Positions 1 to 7,798 of a stretch of DNA of 47,169 nucleotides are shown here, one piece after another; the first letter of the stretch is position 1; every line of letters begins with the position of its first letter. Under the pieces are notes generated by a model, which saw only the letters and a list, made by a program, of their open reading frames with translations, searched no databases and was not told the DNA's origin. The DNA lies in the IMG/VR virus record IMGVR_UViG_3300045988_038165, positions 1-47,169 of that record; one strand, 5' to 3'. The stretch is from a virus. The translations under genes were made by a program, and so were the position numbers.

Positions 1-89
1 ATCACAACCGGAAACCTTACGGTAACTGATGGTGCAAAGATCGGTGCCTGGAATATATCGGGAGGCTCTCTTGTTTCGGCAAGCAATTC
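1..89. repeat. Terminal overlap: exact copy of 47081..47169 (overlap from assembling a circular or circularly permuted genome)
   Basis: Both window ends read ATCACAACCGGAAACCTTACGGTAACTGATGG...CTTGTTTCGGCAAGCAATTC, 89/89 identical. The repeat lies inside an ORF whose frame is continuous across the join. Confidence 0.95.
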
Positions 90-636
90 GCAGGCTAAGA
101 TCCTGTTAAACATGTCCGGTAATAAATTCCTTCGTATTAACGAAGAGGGGGACAGCCCTACAACTTCACGCACAGCATTGATGTCCATACGAAACGACAA
201 TTACAGTGGTCTAAGTATTGAATCATACGGAAGTTCCGGTTTTGCTCTAAGATGTTTGGCTAACGCAGGCACTGCAAATTCGATAGAATCGTATGGAAGT
301 CATATTTTCGCCCAAAGGGGCGGTGAAAAGTGGAACGCTCCCGGAATGCTGTGTACCGGATATGTATATCAAGCGGGTACAGTCACTAATGAATGGGGCA
401 ACGGGTGCACCTTAACCGGTGCACAGAAAATAGCTACTGGAAAATACAGGATATACCACAGTTTGAAGCATATGCAGTACGCTGTTTTAGTACAAGGCTT
501 AGGGGGGTATGGCTGGGTATTCGGTCAGGTAGAGACACAAAACAACTCTTATTTTGAGGTTTTAATGCTTGACGCAAACAAGGGTCCCCGTGATTGTCCA
601 TTCCGTGTGTTCGTTGTAGGTCGCAATGTTTGGTAA
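1..636 (+). CDS. Tail fibre / host-specificity protein, C-terminal segment (continuation of 42050..47080 across the circular junction; stop TAA 634..636)
   Basis: Frame 1 has no stop from base 1. Track ORF 112..636 is only the part after an internal Met. Position 42050 minus 47080 falls in the same frame. Confidence 0.85.
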   Translation: MTTGNLTVTDGAKIGAWNISGGSLVSASNSQAKILLNMSGNKFLRINEEGDSPTTSRTALMSIRNDNYSGLSIESYGSSGFALRCLANAGTANSIESYGSHIFAQRGGEKWNAPGMLCTGYVYQAGTVTNEWGNGCTLTGAQKIATGKYRIYHSLKHMQYAVLVQGLGGYGWVFGQVETQNNSYFEVLMLDANKGPRDCPFRVFVVGRNVW

Positions 637-747
637 ATACCATTGCAGGAGGAGATAATTTTGTGTATAAAATGTGGGATAGCTCACGTGTTTTAGTAGA
701 TTGCGGTGCAGTTATCTTCCTTTATGGTATGGTATAGCATTTAATTT

Positions 748-780
748 AACGGTAAGTTGGTTTTATCCTTCTTACCGTTT
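748..780 (+). terminator. Hairpin terminator after the fibre gene
   Basis: 9-bp stem AACGGTAAG (748..756) / CTTACCGTT (771..779) followed by T; lies in the gap after the late operon. Confidence 0.55.
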
Positions 781-787
781 ACCTTTG
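780..787 (+). promoter_or_regulatory. Bacteroidota-type -7 box TAccTTTG
   Basis: Matches TAnnTTTG, 41 nt upstream of ATG 828. Confidence 0.5.
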
Positions 788-827
788 TAGCAAATAATTT
801 ATTCATTCACAATTAAATATCATTTTT

Positions 828-1190
828 ATGGCAACAAAAGAAGCTATTTTTTATTTGGCGAGTGTTAAGTACTCGAAAGAAACACAGATTTTGAATTATA
901 GTTTTGAAACGGCAAACGGGCTGTTTGAGGGTCAGATTACAACCGTACAACAACCGGAACAGGCTAAGCAGATTACTCACTGTACGGCTGAGGTGTCTGT
1001 TAAGGAGATGGTGCAGGTCCCTGGAACGGATAACACGCCTACCATGCAGGAACAATACGTTAAGTTGGGCACTTTGTCGATGTCGCAGGCTCGTTTTGAA
1101 CTTAATCAATTCCCTTTGCACGAAAAGACACCTGCTTTGTTGGGAGATTTTCAGAACTATATCTTTGCACTAACTAAACCGTCGAAATAA
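828..1190 (+). CDS. Hypothetical protein (120 aa) heading the lysis cassette
   Basis: ATG ORF behind its own promoter box. Its stop shares a base with the next start (TAATG at 1188..1192). Confidence 0.6.
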   Translation: MATKEAIFYLASVKYSKETQILNYSFETANGLFEGQITTVQQPEQAKQITHCTAEVSVKEMVQVPGTDNTPTMQEQYVKLGTLSMSQARFELNQFPLHEKTPALLGDFQNYIFALTKPSK

Positions 1191-1684
1191 TGTCACAGGA
1201 ACAAATTAGGCTGCTGATGGTATCCACATGCAGTCCTATTCTTGCATTCTTAACACCTACGTCCGGATTCTTAACGGCACTTGTGTTTATGTTTGTCTTT
1301 AACATAATTTGCGGTATGCGTGCGGACGGTGTAAGCGTGTCAATCAAAGGTGCTCAGAGACTCACTATCTTTAAATTCGTATCGGCTTTACAGGAGTTCT
1401 TGCTGTATATGATGATTATAGTAGTGATATTCTCAGCGGTAACTAAAATGGGAGATAAAGACGCTGCTGTCATGTGCGCAAAGACAATAACGTATGTGTT
1501 CATGTACGTCTATTTATGCAGCGGTTTCCGTAACTTGTGCATAACATACCCGAACAACAAAGGTTTCAAACTGATCTATCACATCATTAGATTTGAGTTT
1601 AAGAGGCTGATGGGTGAACATGCGTCAAAGATAATCGAAGAGCAGGAAGAGAAAGAGAAACAAGTAATTCACAAGGGGGTATAA
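1190..1684 (+). CDS. Holin-like membrane protein
   Basis: 164 aa with several hydrophobic helices (ILAFLTPTSGFLTALVFMFVFNIICG, LLYMMIIVVIFSAV, ITYVFMYVYLCSGF) and a charged C-tail. Sits directly upstream of the endolysin. Confidence 0.55.
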   Translation: MSQEQIRLLMVSTCSPILAFLTPTSGFLTALVFMFVFNIICGMRADGVSVSIKGAQRLTIFKFVSALQEFLLYMMIIVVIFSAVTKMGDKDAAVMCAKTITYVFMYVYLCSGFRNLCITYPNNKGFKLIYHIIRFEFKRLMGEHASKIIEEQEEKEKQVIHKGV

Positions 1685-1707
1685 TGCCCCCTTTAAACAT
1701 TTAGATT

Positions 1708-2103
1708 ATGAAGTATTTTACGATTAAAGAACTTACAAAGTCCTCTACGGCTGAGGCTAAGGGGATAGATAACACCCCAACACCTGAGGTGGAGCGTAAT
1801 TTAACGGCTTTGGTTGAAAACGTATTAGACGGTGTTAGAGCGATTTACGGTAAACCTATCACAGTCAATTCGGGCTATCGGTGCCCGGAGCTAAACAGGG
1901 CTGTCGGAGGCGTATCTAACAGCCACCATGTAAAGGGATATGCTGCTGATATTACCGGAGGTAGTAAGGAGGAAAACGAACGGTTGTTCAATATCATTAA
2001 GCACAACTTTCATTTCTCCCAGTTAATAGACGAGAAAAATTTTAGTTGGGTGCATGTATCTTACGATCCCAATAACTTAAAAAACCAAACATTAAAACTA
2101 TGA
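1708..2103 (+). CDS. Endolysin, peptidase M15 (VanY / D-Ala-D-Ala carboxypeptidase-like) family
   Basis: Motifs SGYRCPELNRAVGGVSNSHHVKGYAADI and SWVHVSY match the Zn-ligand pattern H-x6-D...H of M15 phage endolysins. Confidence 0.85.
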   Translation: MKYFTIKELTKSSTAEAKGIDNTPTPEVERNLTALVENVLDGVRAIYGKPITVNSGYRCPELNRAVGGVSNSHHVKGYAADITGGSKEENERLFNIIKHNFHFSQLIDEKNFSWVHVSYDPNNLKNQTLKL

Positions 2104-2705
2104 AAGCTAAAATAACAGCCATAGTAGCCTTTTCTTTCCTTTGCCTACTAATTGTATGCCTTATTAGGTATAACGCGAAACTGAGGGAGCAAAACGGCAT
2201 TCTGAACAGGAATGTAAGTGTACTTACTACTCAGAATGTAGCATACCGAACGGAGTCCGGCAAATCAGCAATGAAAGCGGAGGAACTAAACCTCACTTTG
2301 CGTCAATACCGGAATACATTGCAGGGGAAAGACAGCACTATAAAGGACTTGAAACAAAGTATCAAAGACATAAAGAGTCATACAAGCATTCAAACGTCAA
2401 CGGAGAGCGTATTTTCCGGCTCTCTACGTGATAGTATTATAATTCGTGATAGTTTGGTTGCTGACACATTAAAATGCTTAAATTTCGCCTCTAAATGGGT
2501 AGATGTTAAAGGATGCATAGAACAGCCCGATGTATTTGCGGGTAAAGTAACCGTTCGGGACAGCTTGGAGTTGCTAAACATAGAGCACAGAAAGCGTTTC
2601 TTATGGTGGAGATTAAAGAAGGTGAAGTATAGGGAGTTTATTGTAACCAGTAAAAACTCAGATACGCAAATACTTGATTTAAAGGTGACTACAATAATTA
2701 AATAA
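2100..2705 (+). CDS. N-terminally membrane-anchored protein downstream of the endolysin (possible spanin or lysis accessory)
   Basis: ATGA overlap with the endolysin stop. N-terminal TM segment ITAIVAFSFLCLLIVCLI is followed by a coiled, polar region. The function is inferred from position only. Confidence 0.4.
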   Translation: MKAKITAIVAFSFLCLLIVCLIRYNAKLREQNGILNRNVSVLTTQNVAYRTESGKSAMKAEELNLTLRQYRNTLQGKDSTIKDLKQSIKDIKSHTSIQTSTESVFSGSLRDSIIIRDSLVADTLKCLNFASKWVDVKGCIEQPDVFAGKVTVRDSLELLNIEHRKRFLWWRLKKVKYREFIVTSKNSDTQILDLKVTTIIK

Positions 2706-2746
2706 TTAACATTGGTTAAAGCTGTTGCAGGTATAAAAATAATGCC

Positions 2747-2754
2747 TACATTTG
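2747..2754 (+). promoter_or_regulatory. Possible -7 box TAcaTTTG in the non-coding junction
   Basis: Matches TAnnTTTG, but no ORF follows; a long hairpin starts 8 nt downstream. Confidence 0.3.
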
Positions 2755-2761
2755 CACTCAG

Positions 2762-2809
2762 AGACTTACCAATAAATAAATTATTAATCATTTCTTTATT
2801 GGTAAGTCT
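2762..2809. repeat. Perfect 15-bp inverted repeat (hairpin with 18-nt AT loop)
   Basis: AGACTTACCAATAAA (2762..2776) pairs with TTTATTGGTAAGTCT (2795..2809). Confidence 0.9.
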
Positions 2810-3009
2810 TTATGTAGAAGCAAACGTATCATTAACAAAGCGTTGTTAATAATTGCAATCATGGTTTTTTAATATTAAGCGATTATTCCCTACTGGTTTG
2901 TGAAAATAGATAGGTTTTTAAAAAGAAAATTTCTATTCATTGATATATAATATAGGTTAATTAGTTAGGTAATTGTTGTTTATTTGATTTTTTGTCATTT
3001 TTCATTTTT

Positions 3010-3042
3010 CCTCGTTGCTTGTGAAAGTAGCGAGGTTTTTTT
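3010..3042 (+). terminator. Rho-independent terminator
   Basis: Stem CCTCGTTGC / GTAGCGAGG (two G-U pairs) followed by T7 (3036..3042). Confidence 0.6.
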
Positions 3043-3075
3043 ATGCCTTATCTCAGATGTATAAACGTTAAATTA

Positions 3076-3170
3076 GTGTTAAACATTAAAGTTTTGATTT
3101 GTAATTTAAAGTTTTGCTTTATATTTGCAGTGTCGAAAGAAACAAAGTAGTAACATTAAAATATACGATT
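3076..3170 (+). promoter_or_regulatory. Promoter-leader cassette, copy A (-7 box TAtaTTTG 3120..3127)
   Basis: GTGTTAAAC.TTAAAGTTTTG...TTTATATTTGCAGTGTCGAAAGAAACAAAGTAGTAACA... is homologous to the cassettes at 5776, 18161 and 32103. Confidence 0.6.
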
Positions 3171-3410
3171 ATGAAATTTAAAACATGGTATTTTAGAGAT
3201 ACTCTTAAAAAAGAGTGTTTTTCAGTAGAGGCTAAATCAATTAGAGGCGCATTGACTCAGATTAAGAAAAAGCAGCGTGAATGCGCTGAAAAGTTCGGGC
3301 ATACGGTATTTTGGACTATCTTTGAAAACGAAATGGTCGCCTCAAACATACGCTGCATATTGGTAACGTATGTGTTTCCCAATGGAGATATTAAACAAGA
3401 TGTATTATAA
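3171..3410 (+). CDS. Hypothetical small protein (79 aa)
   Basis: ATG at the conserved end of the leader cassette. The track start 3114 (TTG) would read through the promoter. Confidence 0.55.
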   Translation: MKFKTWYFRDTLKKECFSVEAKSIRGALTQIKKKQRECAEKFGHTVFWTIFENEMVASNIRCILVTYVFPNGDIKQDVL

Positions 3411-3425
3411 GCAAATTGAATCATT

Positions 3426-3704
3426 ATGAAATTCATAAAGAAGCAAAGTGACAAGATGCTGATAGCCACAAGGGATGAAGCGTTTGATGTATACGTCCGC
3501 AGTCACCCAGTTATAAGTAGGCTTATTAGGGAGATCGGGATAGAAATTATTCAGCAAGCGTACTACGGCAATCATATAGCCCGAATACCGATTGGGACAG
3601 ATGATAAGGATATTTTAAATACCATCTATCAAGTATTAGAGAATGACGGGTATAAACATTCCTTCGATATAGTAGAAAAGGTTTTAACAGTAAATATATT
3701 ATAA
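3426..3704 (+). CDS. Hypothetical protein (92 aa)
   Basis: ATG ORF, tightly packed with its neighbours. Confidence 0.55.
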   Translation: MKFIKKQSDKMLIATRDEAFDVYVRSHPVISRLIREIGIEIIQQAYYGNHIARIPIGTDDKDILNTIYQVLENDGYKHSFDIVEKVLTVNIL

Positions 3705-3721
3705 ACAGTAGTTTTAAAGTT

Positions 3722-4417
3722 ATGAATAACATTATTAAAGTTGGCGAAACTATAAACGCAAAAGAGTATATGACCTCAATGGAGGTTGCAGAAATCACAG
3801 GAAAGGAGCATAAACATGTTATGCGTGATATTAGAGTTCTATTAGAGCAGGGTGTGCATGAGTCCAATTTTGGTCTAACGTTCATTATCAGAACTTTACC
3901 TAATAATGCTCAAAGAAAAGACCCTTGTTATAATATCACAAAGAAGGGGTGTTTAATTCTCGCTTCCGGATATAACGCATTATTGCGTGAAAAGATAATC
4001 GACAGATGGGAAGAACTTGAAACAAAGGAAAGACAAACCGTGCCTGCTCTTCCTCAGACATATTTAGAAGCCTTGAAAGCATTAGTTTTATCAGAGGAAC
4101 AAAAGCAAGTTCTTGCATTGGAAAATGAATCAATGAAGCCAAAAGCCGATTATTTCGATACTTTAGTAGAAAGAGGAAGTAATTTAAATCTAAGAGATAC
4201 GGCTAAGATGATAGGAGTTTCTGAACGTTTCTTTATAGAATATCTATTACTAAATGGATACTTATATAGAGATGCTAAAAGAAAATTAAAACCGATAGCT
4301 AAATATGTAGGTAAGTATTTTGTTCTAAAGGAATGGTCCAGAGGCGAAAATACAGGCTCTCAGACATTAGTGACCGTGGAAGGCAAAGATAAGTTCTATA
4401 AATTAATCAATAAGTAA
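3722..4417 (+). CDS. Rha-N / KilAC (ANT) antirepressor-like protein, paralogue 1
   Basis: N-terminal segment MTSMEVAEITGKEHKHVMRDIR is a Rha-family hallmark. C-terminal segment KPKADYFDTLV...LRDTAKMIGVSE...KLKPIAKYVGKYF is KilAC/ANT-like. Confidence 0.75.
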   Translation: MNNIIKVGETINAKEYMTSMEVAEITGKEHKHVMRDIRVLLEQGVHESNFGLTFIIRTLPNNAQRKDPCYNITKKGCLILASGYNALLREKIIDRWEELETKERQTVPALPQTYLEALKALVLSEEQKQVLALENESMKPKADYFDTLVERGSNLNLRDTAKMIGVSERFFIEYLLLNGYLYRDAKRKLKPIAKYVGKYFVLKEWSRGENTGSQTLVTVEGKDKFYKLINK

Positions 4418-4440
4418 TCAATTTTAAAAATTAATCAATT

Positions 4441-4851
4441 ATGAAAACTTCAAATTATTTGTTCAGTGTTTTAGTAGGTTTGTGTTTGATGGCTATTGCC
4501 GATTTTCTTTCGTCTTGTGGCGATGAAGAAACGAAGTATGAAACGGCTTATTCGGTTATTGTCCCCTACTGGCAAACGGTGTATGTAGATGGTGAATGTA
4601 CCACAAATATACCCCTATTTGCTTGGGATAAGGTGGAGTTAACATCAGACTATGTTGAGGTATATTCAATGGGACATTTGAATTATCTGAAAGTTACCTC
4701 TACCGAAATGGATATTTACGGCTTTATCATTTACCACATTGATAGCCATAACAAAGAAACTATTCAATACCACCCGAAAGACGGTGTTCTTCGATACTCA
4801 CAGCGTTTAAACGGATCAGAAATAACCGTTGTTTTTACTCCATCACACTAA
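4441..4851 (+). CDS. Putative lipoprotein
   Basis: Signal peptide MKTSNYLFSVLVGLCLMAIADFLSS followed by Cys26 (lipobox-like LSSC). Confidence 0.55.
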   Translation: MKTSNYLFSVLVGLCLMAIADFLSSCGDEETKYETAYSVIVPYWQTVYVDGECTTNIPLFAWDKVELTSDYVEVYSMGHLNYLKVTSTEMDIYGFIIYHIDSHNKETIQYHPKDGVLRYSQRLNGSEITVVFTPSH

Positions 4852-4894
4852 CATTAAAACCTTCCGGAGTACAGGTCAACCGGGTAAACAACAG

Positions 4895-5728
4895 ATGAAA
4901 GATAGAATAACAGAAAACCAATTACAGCTAATTACTAAGGATAAAAAGCTGTCGGAGATGATAGAGGGTATCACTCAGATACGTTCTATTGTCAAAGAAA
5001 AGATGAATGTATATGAATGTATAACATATACTGAGGACGATATAAAAGAAGCAAAAGCAGATCGGGCAATGATTAACAAATCGTCTAAAGCCTTAAACGA
5101 TACCCGAATCGAACTCGAAAAGATATACATGCAGCCTTTTAACAAGTTCAAAGATGTGGTAAAGGACACATGCGACATGTTAGACCTTACCTCGAACAGC
5201 ATAGATTTACAGATAAAGAAGTTCGAACAGGAAGAAAAGGACGCAAAGATGAAGCAAATAAGGGACTATTTCGACGAGCACAACGAGTACCTTATAAATT
5301 TTGACCGTTGCTTTAAATCAAACTGGCTAAACAAGAACAAAGGTATTGCGATTGTTCGGGCTGAGATTAACGAACTGTTTGAGGTTGTTGCGGCTGACTT
5401 CGAGAAACTGAAAGAGCACTTTGATGGAGAGCCTTGTTATATGGCTATAATTGACAGGTATCAAGATACGTTGGACTATAACAACACCTACCAATACGGT
5501 GTATCACTCGTTAATAAGGCACTGGAAGCCACCACAGCGCAAAACTCGCCTCAGCTGACAGACACACCGAATCAGATACAACAGCCGCTAAAACAGCCGG
5601 AAAACAAGCCTCAGAGCGAACAGGTTTATGTAAGAGCATTTAAGGTCAAAGTAACAAGGGAACAAGCATTTGCACTGGCTGACTTTATGAAGGCAAACAA
5701 CATTGAGTTTGAGGGTATTAAATTATAA
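4895..5728 (+). CDS. DUF1351-like phage protein (tentative)
   Basis: I use the in-frame ATG 4895 in preference to the TTG track start 4829. The coiled N-terminal pattern (AKADRAMINKSSKALNDTRIELEKIYMQPFNKFKD) resembles DUF1351 as I recall it. Confidence 0.4.
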   Translation: MKDRITENQLQLITKDKKLSEMIEGITQIRSIVKEKMNVYECITYTEDDIKEAKADRAMINKSSKALNDTRIELEKIYMQPFNKFKDVVKDTCDMLDLTSNSIDLQIKKFEQEEKDAKMKQIRDYFDEHNEYLINFDRCFKSNWLNKNKGIAIVRAEINELFEVVAADFEKLKEHFDGEPCYMAIIDRYQDTLDYNNTYQYGVSLVNKALEATTAQNSPQLTDTPNQIQQPLKQPENKPQSEQVYVRAFKVKVTREQAFALADFMKANNIEFEGIKL

Positions 5729-5775
5729 GAGAGGATATTCCCCTCTTTTTTACTCCATTCACAAAGGTTAATTTC

Positions 5776-5873
5776 GTATTAAAGATTAAAGTTTTGCTTT
5801 GTGTTTTAAATTTAATCTTTATATTTGCAGAGTCAAAAGGAAACAAAGTACTAACAATTTAAAAACAACAATT
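5776..5873 (+). promoter_or_regulatory. Promoter-leader cassette, copy B (-7 box TAtaTTTG 5820..5827)
   Basis: TTAAAGATTAAAGTTTTGCTTTGTGTTTTAAA...TATATTTGCAGAGTCAAAAGGAAACAAAGTACTAACAATTTAAAAACAACAATT-ATG. Confidence 0.65.
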
Positions 5874-6074
5874 ATGGTTATAAAAACAAGGTTTAACGTT
5901 GGCGAAGAAGTGATGTACGGTGCACATAAAGAGCCGTTCAGAGTATTCTCCATTGAGATTCACGTAGGTAAAAAGGATAAGAACGTAACTTATCTCGTTC
6001 AGAGTCAATACGGTTTTATTCGTAGAGTGAGAGAAAATGATCTAATTAAATATCAGGTTAAAAATAACAAATAA
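5874..6074 (+). CDS. Hypothetical small protein (66 aa)
   Basis: ATG directly after the conserved leader. The track start 5799 runs through the promoter. Confidence 0.55.
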   Translation: MVIKTRFNVGEEVMYGAHKEPFRVFSIEIHVGKKDKNVTYLVQSQYGFIRRVRENDLIKYQVKNNK

Positions 6075-6077
6075 ATT

Positions 6078-6560
6078 ATGGATACATCATTTGAGAGAAC
6101 AAAAAATACAACTGATGAATGGTACACACCGAAGTATATTATAGAATCACTTGGGGAATTTGATACAGACCCCTGCGTATCTATGAAGCCTCTTTATAAC
6201 ACTGCAAAGATTATGTATAATAAACAAGATGACGGGCTAACGAAGGAGTGGCAAGGTCGTGTTTGGTTGAATCCTCCTTATTCCCGTCCTCTTATAGAAA
6301 AATTCGTTAACCGGATGTCTAAACATGGAAATGGAATAGTGTTATTGTTTAATAGATGTGACAGCAAAATGTTTCAAGACGTTATTTTCAAAACTGCTAC
6401 TGCTATATTATTTTTAAAGGGACGTATCAAGTTCTTGAAATAAGACGGTTCAACTGCTGGTAGTCCGGGCTGTGGAAGTGTATTAATTGCTTTTGGAGAT
6501 GATAATGCGGAAATACTTCGTACTTGCGGTATTGAAGGTAAGTTTTTCAGAATTAAATAA
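6078..6560 (+). pseudogene. dam: Phage Dam-family DNA N6-adenine methyltransferase, copy 1, interrupted by an in-frame TAA at 6441..6443
   Basis: Motifs DEWYTP, DPC and NPPYS are present. It has 161 codons, the same length as the intact copy at 11425..11907. The 39 codons after the stop (DGSTAGSPGCGSVLIAFGDDNAEILRTC...) align in frame with the paralogue. Confidence 0.8.
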
Positions 6561-6570
6561 CTAATAAATT

Positions 6571-7371
6571 ATGAAACAATACTTAGATTTACTTTCTTAT
6601 GTTTTGAATTATGGAGAAAAGCGAGAGGATAGAACAGGAACGGGAACTATCAGCGTTTTCGGAGGTACTCAAAAGGTTTACGATCTTCGTGACGGCTTCC
6701 CGCTTGTAACCACTAAAAAGCTATTCACAAAGGGTATTATACATGAATTGCTTTGGTTTATTAAAGGCGATACCAATATTAAGTACCTGCTTGAAAACGG
6801 TGTTCATATTTGGGACGCATGGGCAGATAAAAACGGTGATTTGGGACGCATTTACGGTGCACAATGGCGTGAATGGCGTGTTAACAGCAGGACTAAAATA
6901 GATCAGCTTAAATCAGTCATTGATATGATAAAGAATGACCCTTATTCACGTAGATTAATCGTCAATTCGTGGAACGTTGGCGACATCGATAAAATGAACT
7001 TGCCTCCCTGTCATTGCTTTTATCAGTTCTACGTATCAAAGGAAGGCTTTTTAGACCTGCAATTATATCAACGTAGTGCAGATTTATTTTTGGGAGTTCC
7101 GTTCAATATAGCGTCTTATTCGTTGTTGCTTGCTATGGTGGCGCAGGTGTGTAATCTGAAACCACGAAAATTCATTCATACAATCGGTGACGCTCACATA
7201 TATTTGAATCATGTTGAACAGGTAATGACGCAATTAGATCGCATTCCGTTGCGATTGCCGGAACTGGTTTTGAATTCTTCCGTTACCGATCTTTTTGATT
7301 TTAAGTTTGAGGATATAGATATTATTCATTATAACAGCCATTCGGCAATAAGAGGGGAGGTAGCAGTATGA
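6571..7371 (+). CDS. thyA: Thymidylate synthase
   Basis: [29 protein letters not shown] and [21 protein letters not shown] are canonical ThyA motifs. Confidence 0.95.
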   Translation: MKQYLDLLSYVLNYGEKREDRTGTGTISVFGGTQKVYDLRDGFPLVTTKKLFTKGIIHELLWFIKGDTNIKYLLENGVHIWDAWADKNGDLGRIYGAQWREWRVNSRTKIDQLKSVIDMIKNDPYSRRLIVNSWNVGDIDKMNLPPCHCFYQFYVSKEGFLDLQLYQRSADLFLGVPFNIASYSLLLAMVAQVCNLKPRKFIHTIGDAHIYLNHVEQVMTQLDRIPLRLPELVLNSSVTDLFDFKFEDIDIIHYNSHSAIRGEVAV

Positions 7372-7541
7372 CACCAATTAATTTTTTTGAAATTTATTTG
7401 CGTGAATCGCGTGAATTTGTTATAAGCGTATTAGAAAAGCAGGACGTTTTAACGCTTCAAAGAATAAAGAAGCAGTGTAAACCTGGCTGGTTACGCTGTC
7501 TTGTCATAGACGCAATAAATCACAAGTTATCCGGTATGTAA
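7368..7541 (+). CDS. Hypothetical small protein (57 aa, below the track cutoff)
   Basis: ATGA overlap with the thyA stop. Open for 57 codons ([17 protein letters not shown]...) and ends just before a terminator. Confidence 0.45.
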   Translation: MTPINFFEIYLRESREFVISVLEKQDVLTLQRIKKQCKPGWLRCLVIDAINHKLSGM

Positions 7542-7547
7542 TTTAAA

Positions 7548-7580
7548 AGGGGAGTACAACGCTATGTATTCCCCTTTTTC
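7548..7580 (+). terminator. Rho-independent terminator
   Basis: AGGGGAGTACA / TGTATTCCCCT stem (one mismatch) followed by TTTT. Confidence 0.65.
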
Positions 7581-7674
7581 GTTCTATCCTCACGGACTAA
7601 ACGAGTCAATAAACAATAAGTAGTAACAAGTATTTAAGAAAAGTTCTACAAAAATAGTTCTAACAGTCGTTCTA
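7581..7674 (+). repeat. Four direct GTTCTA repeats (candidate operator or iteron cluster)
   Basis: GTTCTA occurs at 7581, 7643, 7657 and 7669. The last three are 12-14 nt apart, in the gap upstream of promoter box 7751. Confidence 0.45.
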
Positions 7675-7750
7675 TGCGTATATTTCCACCGTTTTAAATT
7701 TCATTAACTATAAAATTAAAGAAATTTTTTGCGTATTTAAAGTTTTGCCT

Positions 7751-7758
7751 TATCTTTG
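7751..7758 (+). promoter_or_regulatory. -7 box TAtcTTTG (degenerate cassette copy C)
   Basis: Preceded by TTAAAGTTTTGCC, 41 nt upstream of ATG 7799. Confidence 0.55.
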
Positions 7759-7798
7759 CATTGTTGAATTAAGTAAGTAACAATTAAAAGTAGTATAT

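Noticed and set aside
1-89. The 89-bp terminal repeat as a true physical direct terminal repeat or cos-type end.
   Set aside because: It lies in the middle of a long ORF and the frame is preserved across the join, which fits arbitrary linearisation of a circular assembly. Read-terminus data would be needed to overturn this.
904-1173. 89-aa ORF nested inside 828..1190 in another frame. Similar nested + ORFs occur at 10860..11048, 21573..21767, 40366..40548, 43383..43589 and 46722..46925.
   Set aside because: They lie entirely within longer ORFs that have better context. Their compositions are Arg/Cys/Leu-rich, typical of off-frame translation.
1674-1694. GGGGG-TATAATG-CCCCC hairpin overlapping the holin stop, considered as a terminator between holin and endolysin.
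   Set aside because: It has only a 5-bp stem and a weak T-run (TTTAAAC), and the endolysin has no promoter box of its own. At most it is an attenuator or mRNA structure, so I do not call it a terminator.
3114-3170. N-terminal extensions of track ORFs 3114, 5799 and 18195 (MLYICSVERNK..., MCFKFNLYICRVKRKQ..., MCSKSYAYICNVKRKQ...).
   Set aside because: They start at TTG/GTG and read straight through the conserved -7 box and leader of the promoter cassette. The similarity between them is DNA-level cassette conservation, not a protein domain. The ATG at the end of each leader is the likely start.
2706-3170. tRNA genes in this gap and in the other gaps (7541..7798, 10086..10398, 34761..34870, 35231..35397).
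   Set aside because: Reading the gaps, I found no cloverleaf-compatible arrangement: no acceptor stem with a T-arm GTTC..RA context at the right spacing. A tRNAscan run would settle the question.
6441-6443. Stop-codon reassignment (alternative genetic code) as the explanation for the in-frame TAA in dam copy 1.
   Set aside because: TAA, TAG and TGA all terminate well-supported genes at the expected lengths (for example TAA for terL and the capsid gene, TGA for thyA, TAG for dam copy 2 and the HNH gene). No other gene shows in-frame stops, so genome-wide recoding is not supported.
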